From the NCBI GenBank assembly GCA_043228905.1, contig JBHGNT010000006.1, positions 11,656,001 through 11,720,000 on the forward strand: a DNA stretch of 64,000 nt. Direction: 5' to 3'. The DNA comes from Azolla caroliniana. Taxonomy: Eukaryota > Plantae > Polypodiophyta. Under the pieces are notes generated by a model, which did no database searches, had not been told where the DNA came from, and worked only from the letters and a program-made list of their open reading frames with translations. The position numbers were made by a program, and so were the translations under genes. Shown here one piece after another: positions 35,762-46,604 of this stretch; positions within the stretch are counted from its first letter, which is position 1; each line of letters starts with the position of its first letter.

Positions 35762-35796
35762 AATACGACATATTACCTGTTTCAAATGACCCGATG
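35762..35796 (-). repeat. Right terminal inverted repeat
   Basis: Reverse complement reads catcgggtcatttgaaacaggtaatatgtcgtatt. Confidence 0.95.
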
Positions 35797-38700
35797 TTGA
35801 AGGAGGAAATGAAGTAGCGTCGGAGGCAGCACACAAGGACTTCCTAGCATGGGACCAAGGAGCGTGTAGAGTATTATATTGCCTCGCGTCCTGTCTGCAC
35901 GATCACATGCTCAGCTACATCAAGGACGCAAAAATGTCAAAAGATGCCTGGGAAAATCTACAGAAGATTTTCAATGCAAGCACCACGGCCCGGAAGTTGC
36001 AGCTCCATCAAGAGCTCAACAACATCTGACAACGGGATGTGTCGGTCACCGACTACACCACCAAGATAAAGGAGATATGAGACGCGTTGTTGTCCATCAA
36101 CGTGATGGTGGACGAAGACGAGAAGGTCCAAATCTGCCTAAGTGGTCTATCATAGAGGTATGGGCCTATTCGAACGGCGATTTGCACCCGAGAGAAGCCC
36201 TTGTCGTTCGTCGACTTACAATCAATGCTGATGGTCGAAGAAAACCACACGAGTGAGTTGAGGACCACTCAATCGGACAACCAGATGATGTACACAGAGG
36301 CAGATCGGCCCTGTAGGTGCGGAGGACGAGGTGGATTGACACGCAATAGTGACGGCCGACAAGAGCAGAATCAGAGGCACGGAGATAGTGCCAATAGTAG
36401 TTCTGGACCCACCACGAGCAAGGGGAGTCAAGGCGGCGCCAGGAACCGATAATCGAAAACCGAAACGGAATGCTAGTATTGTGGTAAGAAAGGCCATAGG
36501 GAGAGCGAGTGTTGGAAGAAGCACGCCAATTCGGACAAATCCAAATTCGGCAAGGCCGAACAAGGGAGTCGGCAACGTTCGCACTACGCCGAAGGATCAG
36601 AAGGATCTGGAACCGGAAAGACCAGAAATGGATCAAGCCCAGCCTTTGTGATGAAGCACAAGGCAAACTCGACAAAGAATACCACCTCCAAGTCAGAAGA
36701 AGTGTGGTATGTTGACTCCATAGCATCGAACCATATGACGAGCCATGAAGAGTGATTCTCGTATCTCGAGAAACCGAAGCAATCGGGAGTGGTCAAAACC
36801 AGGGACAACACTCCGCACCCAATCGAACATGATGGAAAAGTTCCCTTAAGTCATGTCAGACAAAAGGGAAAACTCATGAACGTGTTGTGTGTCCCGACAA
36901 TCACAAAGAACCTGGTGTCGGTCAGGCAGATTGTCGATCAGGGGATGCAAGTTCGATTCACGCATCTCGGGTGCTTCATCGAGGAAGAGGGCCAGATCAT
37001 CGTGTAAGGGTGTCGGAATGGGAGGATGTTCATCCTCGACACTAATGACGTCGGCACCGCTATATTCGCCAAAGGACAAAAAGTGAGTTGGACATCGACT
37101 TATGGCACAAGCGAATAGACCACACCAATTATCAAAGGCTTTGGGACCTGCAGTTGAAACAGGTTGTATTCGGACTGCCGAAATTCAGTGGCCGGAAGGC
37201 TGCCAGCTCGGGAAGCAACACCAACTTCCATTCCCCAACGAGCAAAACCAGAGCCAGAACAAGCTCGACCTGATACATTCGGATGTATGGGGACCACCAC
37301 AGATTGTTAGTCTTGGCGGGAGTCGACATTTAATCTCCTTCATCGACAACTACATCCGACACACGTGGATCTATCTCATTCAGAAGAAAAGTGAGGTTTT
37401 CGACTGTTTCCGGAACTTACAAAGTCTTGTCGAACAACAAACGAAGAGGAAGATCAAGTGCTTGCGATCTGATGGGGGGAAAGAGTATTTTTCTGGCCAA
37501 TCGAACACCTATCTACAACAGAAGGGAATTCGACGATAATTCAATTGCAAGTATATGCTAGAACAAAACGGTGTAGCCAAGAGGAAGAACCGGTCAGTTG
37601 TAGAAGCGGCACAAGCAAATGCTGGAGGAGAAGAGCGTGCCCAAGTTCTACTAGGTTGAAGCGGTCCAGACGACTATCTACATCCAAAGCCAGATCGGGG
37701 AGAAGGTGTCAGCTCACGAACTGTATTTCAGGCGGATGCCCAATTTGAGACACCTTAGGATATTCGGCATCATTGCGTATGTGCATGTGCCGGATGAGAA
37801 GTGGAAGAAGTTGGACCCAAAGTCGGAGAAGTGCATTTTAGTCGGCTATTCACATGAATAGAAGGGGTATAAATGTTATAACCCCGGAACAAAGGAAGTT
37901 TGAGTAAGCCGAGATGTCGAGTTCGACGAGTCACATCCTGGTACTCTCTACCGACTCCTACTCCCGACCACCTGATTTCGGATGATGAGGCCAGTGAGCC
38001 CAAAATGATCCAGGCAAAAGAAGAAGAAGAGTTTGGTACTCTAGACAAGAGTCCAATCTCATTTCGGCTGAGCGGCCCGAATGAAAGACTAAGTCGGAAC
38101 GACCAGTCGGACGAAGAGCCAACGAGTAGTGGAGACTCGGTTGTGCTCTCCCCGCGCAAGGAACCGTGGAGACAGTTCACACGCAAAGAGAAGGGGAAGA
38201 AGAAGATATTGAAATACGACACCGGCAGAGACGAGTCAGATCGGCGTGAATCCGACTCTGGAAAGAATGAGCAGGGACCGTTGGAAACGAAGTCCGAGTC
38301 GGCCAAAAGGGACCTCAAATCGGCTAACGACAAGTTACACCAATCGACCCACCAAAAGAATCCCGTGAAGCGGTATGGTTATAATGATTACATGACACAT
38401 CACTATACATACATGACGAAAGTGGTGGAAGTGCGTGAGCGGGAGAGCTACATAGAAGCGGCGAAAGAGGTGAACTAGCGTGTCGTGATGGAGGAAGAAA
38501 TGCGGGCACTCGATGTCAATGACACTTGGGACCTGCTTGACCCTACGATCAGTTGCAAGTAGGTATACAAGGTAAAATATAATGTCGATGGTTCGATCAA
38601 CCGATGCGAGGCCCGGTTAGTGGCCAAAGGATATGCATAGACCCACAGAATCGACTACGACAAGACCCTCGCTCCGGTAGCGAAATGATGACGGTTCGTG

Positions 38701-40117
38701 TGGTGTTGGTAGTTGTTGCGGAAAGGGGGTGGCATCTTCACCAAATGGATGTGAAGAATGCATTTCTTCAAGGAGATCTTGAAGAACAAGTCTACATGAT
38801 TTAGCCCCCCCCCCCCCCCCGGATTTTAGTTGGGGATGAACACATCAGCAGTGTGCCGACTCAAGAAGTCGCTTTATGGCCTAAAGCAAGCTCCCTGTGC
38901 TTGGAATTCGAAGATAACGCACCGGTTGCATAAGATGGGGTTTGCGTCATCGAAGTCCAACTCTTCGTTGTTCATCTGAAAGGGTTCAAAAGGTCCGGTA
39001 TGCATTTTGTTGTATGTCGACGACTTAGTCGTTACCGGACTTGACCTCCCTGAAATCAGCTGAGTGAAGTCCCAACTATTGGACGCACTCGAAATGAAGG
39101 ACCTAGGGACCTTCATTACTTCCTTGGGATCGAAGTGATCCATTCCCCTGACGGCATATTGCTACCTGAACGACACTATGTGTTGTATATGTTGTACAAG
39201 TTCGGCATGACCAAATGTCGACCAGTCTCCACACCTCTGGACCCACCTGCAATGAGAAACGGTTCCGACAAATTTTCGGAAGCCTTATATACTTAACAAT
39301 CACCCGACCCGACATCAGTTATCTAGTCAAGGTGATCAGCCAATTCATGCAGAAGCCGACCGTCGAGCACCTTCAGTGTGTGCATCGACTATTGCGATAT
39401 GTGGGCGGCACTGAGGATTGGGGACTGTTGTACCGACATGGTATAACCGAACAGTTAGTCAACTATACAGATGCCGATTGGGCCCATGATGTGTCAGATC
39501 GTCGGTCAACATTTATGTTTTCTCTGGGTAGCGCAATTGTTCCGTGGAGCAACAAGAAGCAGCCGATAATGGCTCAGTCGCGTAGTGAGGTTGAGTATCG
39601 TGGAGCTACCGTCGCGATCTGTGAAGCCATATGTCTTCGGCGGCTGCTAAAAGACCTCTAGATTGAAGTACCAACTCCGATTCCAATTTACTGCGACAAC
39701 ATTAGTAGCATGCCGCTCGCCAAGAACCCCGTTGTCATGAAGATTTTCGGCAATAGTGTGAAAATCCCATAAAACGTACGAAATCGAGTATGAATCACAT
39801 AGTACAATAATTGTGAAGATAACATTTTAAATAGATTTAATATCTAAGTACAAAATGATGGAGGTTTCGAATGCACTTTATTACACGAGAAACGGACAAC
39901 TAAATGTCAAGATATGAGGGGATCAAGTTTGTAAAAGGAAAAGAGAAAATTGTGAGATATCCCACATAGGCACGACAAATACAGCTCTCATCATATATAA
40001 GGTGGAGCAAAAGATATTATCCTTGTGTCTATGTGTGGAGCATAGAGAGTTCAAGGTAACTTGAACTAAGAGTGGAGGTGGGCTAGCTACTCGTAAAGGG
40101 TTTTTGGCCAACCAAAA

Positions 40118-40337
40118 CCGGATCGGCGATGGAGCCGGTGATCCGGCGGCATCCGACGGCAATCCGGCGATGGTGATCCGACGGCATCCGGCAGCAGCAC
40201 CGGTATCCGGCGGCAATCTGGCAGCGGCATCCGGCGAGGCACCGGTATCCGGCGGCATCCGGCGGCAGCACCGGTATCCGGCGGCATCCGGCGGAGGCAC
40301 CGGTAACCGACGGCATCCGGCGAACCGGCGTCCGGCG
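40118..40337. repeat. GC-rich tandem repeat (ggcatccggc/accggtatcc units) in the LTR of F; shorter copy at ~47060-47252
   Basis: Repeated ccggcggcatccgg units inside an otherwise AT-rich LTR. Copy-number difference accounts for most of the 1120 vs 1091 bp LTR length difference. Confidence 0.85.
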
Positions 40338-40913
40338 ACTAGATAAATAAATATATAAAAATATATACATATTTACATATACAAGGAGGGCAAGTAAGGA
40401 TTCAAACCTTGCACCTCCAAGTTAGAAGTCAATTGGCTTACCATTAAACCATACTATTTAGTTGAAATTATATTTCTATCATTATACTTTTACATGTAAA
40501 TTCTCATACATGAGAGCTAAAATGAGTGACATGGTTATCATGCACCACATGTAATACATAAGCGCCAAATGGCAAACATGCAATTTATGCATGTCTTGTA
40601 CCCTCACATGCATCATATGCATGAGAGCATCTATAAAAGAGGGAAGGGGGAGGAGAAAAGACACGGTTTTTTTTATGAAAATTAAGAGGAAGAAATTCGT
40701 TTTCAAATCAATCGTGTAATCTCAACTTCTCTCTTTCCCAATCTATCTTAAGTACTTTCTCGCCAAAGCTTGTATCGACTCTAAATCCTTCTGGTCCAGA
40801 ACCCCGGCAGTTCCGCCTCACGATCCGCGCGTAGTGACGGATCTTCACGACATAATTAAGTGGTGAACCCGACGTGAAAGAGGCGGTAGGAAGGATCAAG
40901 TCGAGATTAATAC

Positions 40914-43900
40914 TTGGAGATGGCGTCCTCAAGCAACCAAGCAGGAGAGCTCGAAAGGATGATGCTAATCGTCGAGCAAATGATGAGATCTCGGGACAAC
41001 AACGCGAGCGTGGTGAAGGCTGTCGATCGTGTCGTAGAGCTCGAGGGCCAATTCGATGGAAGGAACGTTACGAAGTTCCTTGATGCATATAAGAGGGAGA
41101 TGAATCAAAGGGACGTGTCCGAGGCACGTCAAATCGCAAGCTTCAAGAGAGTTGTCGCCAACAACATCCAAAGACGTGTCATCGAGCTTCAAGAAGGAAA
41201 GATAACATGGTCCGAGTTCGAGAAAACGATACTAGCGGAGTTCGTGACTGAAGACTCAACGAGGATGACTCGACATGCCCTGATGAAGTGGATAGAGAAG
41301 AAGAATAAGAAGATGAGCGTCTTGAGGGTGTACGACGAATTCGACCAGATGTTTAGTCGTCTCCCCAATACGGACCAAGTATTGCTTGAAGAGGACAAGA
41401 CTTTGTACTTCTTGAAGGCCGTGGACATAAAGGATAGACGGGAGTTGGGGACTCTTCTCGAAGATGATACCCAAGCAAATGGGCTCGTAGCGGACTGGAT
41501 CGCGGTGAAGCGGGCATGCAATAGGCTCGACAAGCGTCGCCAATGGGTTGATGACACCGACTTGACGGGACCGACTACCACGGAGAAAGCAAGACCGCCA
41601 AAACTAGCTGAGCCGCCAAGACAAAGTAACGTGGAAGAAAAGAAGATTGATGACGACATCATTGAAGAGCTAGCGAAGAAGTTCGAGAAGGTCACTCTAG
41701 CCAACATGAATCGTCGGGGCCCTAAAGGAAAAGAACCCTTTAGATGCGTGTGGTGCGATAGCATGGACCACATGAGAAGGGATTGTGCGAGCCTTCGAGA
41801 GGCGATTCGACAAAATATCGTATACATAGAGGACAACATGATCTGCTCAAGTGAAACTAGAAGACCCCTACGGGTGAATTTCGGAAGAGGAGGAATGAAG
41901 AGATCTATGGAGGATGCCGATGCGACTCATGTGGATGCGATGCACTATGCTGCGTCGGCCGGAATAAGAGTCGGGAAAGACAAGACTGAAGCTGCTAGAG
42001 CGGGAGCAAAGTTTTGGACTTCCGTTCTCGAATATGAGAAGAAGGGAAAAATCACATCGAACGAGGTAGAGCTTGCGGACCAAAGCGTGCAAAGCATAAC
42101 CGGGTGGTCGGATCCGGTGGACGACAACACCATACTCGCAGAGGTGATGTGCGACAACCACGAGGTGTTCGTCGAAGAAAAGAGAAAGAGAATAGAAGAG
42201 CAAGGGCCATCAAAAAGACATGAAACAAGGAACGCGAAAAAGAAGGACGATGCAGAGACGAGTCGACCTTTACAAACGGAGGAACGAGAATCAAGCCGAA
42301 AAGGGGAGCCGAGCATACGAGTTGAAGAAACGGTTCGGCCCGTGAAGGTTGGTGTCGAAGACCCCGCTCGGAGGACAAGGACCATACCTACCTATAAGCT
42401 AAGGTCGGACATAGAGCAGACGACGGACCTAAAGAAGATTCTCGAAGAACGAGTTCTTGATAGCCACGTAACTTTGTCCTTGAGGGAATTGCTTGGCATT
42501 ACGAAGAAGGAGTTCCATGACACGATCGTGGACCTTGTAAAGAGAAAGAGACAACAATCGGACGAGGAAGAAGAGAAGCCACAAAAAGCAAAAACGAATG
42601 CCATAACGATGGCAAGAGCGAAATCGATGAAGATATGGTGGACAGCCACTACACTCGACCTCATTGGGCACGAGCAACAACGGAGACGCCGGTGAAGATC
42701 GGGGAGAAGAAAGAGACCGTGGTAGCCTTGATCGACCACGGCTCGGAGATCAACCTCATGTCAACCGACTTCTACAAAAAGGGAAGATGGCCAATCAATA
42801 CAAACCACGGATAGAAGATTCGCGCGGCAACAAAGTCTACGGAGGACTTGTACGGAGCTTGTCCCAATGTCAAAGTCACGATCGGGGATGTGGAGATGGA
42901 TCAACACTTCTTCGTACAAGAATCGGCATCGCATCCTATCATCCTAGGGCAACCTTATATCACATCATCTCGGATGGAGACCAAAGTGTTCGATAATGGA
43001 GCAGCCTTCGCACGAATAAAGAGTCTTGACAACCAAAGATCGGTCCAATTCCTAACGGTGCGAGCCAATCATGAAAGGAATCGAGATAGTCTCGGAGGCG
43101 AATCCTCGGATTTTTAGAGCGGACTATTGAAGCATGGGGCACAAATAGTCCGAGCAATCACAAGACCCCACAAGAAAGAAGAGTGCGTGGATTGCAAGGA
43201 GAAGCAACATGTGTCACACCTAGTGGCGCATGTAAACTAGTACACTACCCGACAAGAAGCACAAGCGCCGGATACAAGAATTCGAGAAGATGTTGAAAGA
43301 AGAGAATATAATAGAAGAAGGAGAGTTTGTGACTCATATTATGGAAGAAGCCTCATTTAACGACACCATCGGCGAAATCGAGGACGTCGTGGACTTGAGC
43401 TATCTTCACAACCAACGCGTGATTTCGGTTAACTCCATCAACATGTACGCTATCATCGATGAATACCGTCGTGGCATCTCGATGAAGGAAGCTGACATCA
43501 ACATGAAATATAAAACGGTGGATAAGAAGATCAAGCCAGTTGCGGTTCCGCTACCGGAAGATAGCTGGCAAAAGATGAAGGAAGTCGCTAACGATCCAAG
43601 CTTAAGAGATCCGAAGAAGATAGGTCATGTCTTCACCAAAGAGACGAAGGGGAAGCTACAAGTTGGAAAGGAGGATTTCCTTCTCCCTGAAGAGGACCGA
43701 ATGTTTCGCGATATGCTTGAGAGACATGGGAAGGCTTTCGCATTCTTCCCACGAGAAATCGGATGCGCCGACCCAAAGGTTATAGAGCCGATGGTGATCT
43801 TCACGGTGCCTCATGTGCCTTCGAGCTTGAAACCGATACCGGTTCCGAGAGCACACCTTCCGAAGCTGATCGAGCTCTTAAAGGAGAAGGTGAGTATGGG

Positions 43901-46604
43901 AATTCTAGAACCGTCGAATGCTCCTTATTCCAATAGGTGGTTCACGGTGCCGAAGAAGAATGGATCATTGCGATTCATCCAAGATCTTCAACCCGTCAAC
44001 AAGGTGACAATTCGAAATGCCGGAATCGGTCCGAGTGTGGACGAATTTGCCGAAGCGTTTGCGGGCCGGTCCATCTACTCCATTGGCGATCTCTACTCCG
44101 GATATGACCAATTCCAATTGGCGATCGACAGTCGGGACATTACAACCATGAGGACTCCGATCGGGCTTGTGCGGATGTGTACCTTACCCCAAGGCGCAAC
44201 GAATTCGGTGGCTCATATGGTGAATGCCATGAATAAAGTCTTGAAGGATTGCATTCCGGACATCACGATGCCATTCTTGGATGATATTCCGATAAAAGGA
44301 TGTTTGGATGAGGGGAAAGATGAATCGAAAGATAAGGAAGGTTGTAGAAAGTTCGTTGCGGATCATATGAAAGATTGCGAGAAGGTGCTTCAAAGGCTCG
44401 AAGATGCGAATTTGACATTTTCGGGAGAAAAATCCGCATTCGGGCAACCGGAGATCTTGGTGGTAGGTCACTTGTGTGGAGCATACGGCCGGAAGCCCTC
44501 GCCATCCAAAGTGAACGCAATCCAAGATATGAAAGAAGAATGCGAAAACCAAATGGAGGTTCGAAGGTTCCTTGGAGCGTGCGCGTTTTATCATATATGG
44601 ATTCCTCACTACGCTCATGTCGCCGAACCGTTATATGGACTACTAAAGAAAAGAATAAAGTTCGAATGGCGAGACGAGCACACAGAGGCAATGCGAAGAT
44701 TAAAGAAACTGCTTCTTGAAGCTCCGGCACTAAGGAAGGCCGACTATGCCGAAGGGAAGCCAATTTATGTGACCGTAGATACGAACCCAACCGGAATCGG
44801 GTGGGTCATCAATCAAAAAGGTGAAGATAATGCGCGATATGTCGTCCGGTTCGGAGCAAAGGTTCTCAGTGAACGGCAACAAAGATATGCCCAAGTCAAG
44901 CGGGAACTTTGGGGTATTGTGTCGGCAGTGAAGACGGACAAAGATTACCTGATCGGGTCAGAAGTGATAATAGAGACAGATTGTCTCCCAATTCTCGGAA
45001 TGGTCTCGGGATGTGCGACCCCAGATCTTGCTATGCTAAGGTGGATCGCCTACATCAAGTCTTTAAACCCAGAGATCCGTCACATTGCAGGGAAGAAGAA
45101 CGCCATGGCTGACATGCTATCGAGGGCAAGATTTTCAAACGGAAGTAACATGGTTTCGGAAGATGAAGATGTCACCCTGGACTTCTTCAAGATGGCTCGA
45201 TTGTCGGCGGAAGACCAGGACATGCAAACCCTCCACGCCTTCAACGAGAACGAGTACGAAGGAGAGTGGTTACTCATCGGTAGATTCCTAAGAACATTGA
45301 CGACAGATGCTTCGTTGACAAAGGAGGAGGCCCTACGAATCCGAAAGAAAGCTTACCGATACTTCTTGAAGGGAGGATTCCTTTGGCGACATCCAAAAAG
45401 AAGGACAGGAATACCACAACGAGTGGTGGTAAAGAAAGAAGAGCAAGAGACGTTGATGACCGAATTCCACGAGAGTGCTTGGGCAGGTCATAGAGGAACA
45501 TGGGCGACATTCGAAAAGTTGAAGGAGAAGTACTGGTGGCCAAGCATGTACAAAGATGTACTCCATTTCGTGTCCACATGCGAAACTTGCCAAGTATATT
45601 CAAATATACGTCATCGTGATGAGTTAAAGCCGACATACCCACTCACCATACACTTCAAATGGATGGTGGATCTGGTCTCGATGCCAATGGGAGTGGGACA
45701 AATGAAGTACTTAGCGTTGGCAAGGGAAGACTTGACAAATCAAGTGGAAGGACGAGCCTTGACAAATAAGACGACTTCAGCCATTTGCAAATTTCTACTT
45801 GAAGATGTTGTTTGCTGATATGGATGTGTAGGGAAGATAGTGGCCGACCGAGGGGAGTTGGACGCGCACGAAGCGACGGAGCTCTTCGAAAGACTAGGCG
45901 TGAAGCTCTCCCTCACGACTGCCGACAATCCGGAAGCAAATGGGAAGATCGAGCGAGGGCATGGACCTATCGTTAAAGCCATCGTACGGGCATGTAACGG
46001 TCGAGTCGGGAATTGGCCACGACTATTACCCTATGCCTTGTGGGCCAATAGAACGACACATAGCTCGGTGACAGGGTATATGCCGACGGAGCTTATGTAT
46101 GGACAAAAGCCGATTATGCCCATCGAAAGGACGATCGCCTCATGTGTAGCGATACCGTGGGAGAACGAGATGAGCCGAGAAGAGTTATTAGCGGCGCAGA
46201 TAAGGCAACTTGAAAGAAGACCTGAAGATTTAGAAAAAGCGCGAAAGATGATGAAGGCAGCCCGAGTAAAGAACAAAGTTCGGTTCGACAACACGCATCG
46301 ACTTCGTCCCAAGAAGATTGAAGAAGGGGATTGGGTTTTGGTTTACGACAACACCATTGACAATCAACACAGTACAACAAGGAAGTTCGCAAGAAGATGG
46401 TTCGGGCCGTATGTGGTGACAAGTGCCAACGATAATGCCACATACCACCTTGCGGAACTAGACGGATCAAGGTTGGTCGTACCCATTGCGGGAAAAAGAG
46501 TAAAGATTTTCAAGAAAAGACAAGACAAGGATCCTGACCTCGATTACCTCGACGATGAACATAATAGGCCGGATGAAAATGAAGACATGGAGGAATCTAA
46601 TTGA
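40914..46604 (+). pseudogene. Gypsy F gag-PR (40914-43117) and pol (~43108-46604) with a few lesions
   Basis: Highly similar to C proteins (CVWCDSMDHMRRDC, PFLDDIPIKG, RRWFGPY). Frameshift near 42620, stops near 42812 and at 45816, and an indel at ~43240-43290. Confidence 0.92.

Larger units (their letters stand above)
28157..35796. mobile_element. TIR DNA transposon (7640 bp) encoding a DDE transposase and a ParB-DNA amino-methyltransferase
   Basis: TIRs 28157-28191 and 35762-35796 (CAYCGGGTCATTTGAAACAGGTAATATGTCGYATT, 33/35 match). TSD ttgaagaa (28149-28156) / ttgaagga (35797-35804). Excision restores copia gag (..SYVEGGNEVASEAAHKDF..). Confidence 0.95.

Noticed and set aside
28157-35796. 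CACTA or hAT classification
   Set aside because: Ends are CACCG/CATCG with an 8-bp rather than 3-bp TSD. No TnpD motifs, BED finger or hAT dimerisation motifs are visible.
39923-40370. Pro/Ala/Arg-rich ORFs in the LTRs of F (also 46867-47297)
   Set aside because: Translations of the GC-rich tandem repeat.
40861-40877. tRNA-Trp gene fragment (also ~20216-20232)
   Set aside because: Only the 3'-terminal ~17 nt including CCA, adjacent to an LTR; this is a primer-binding site.
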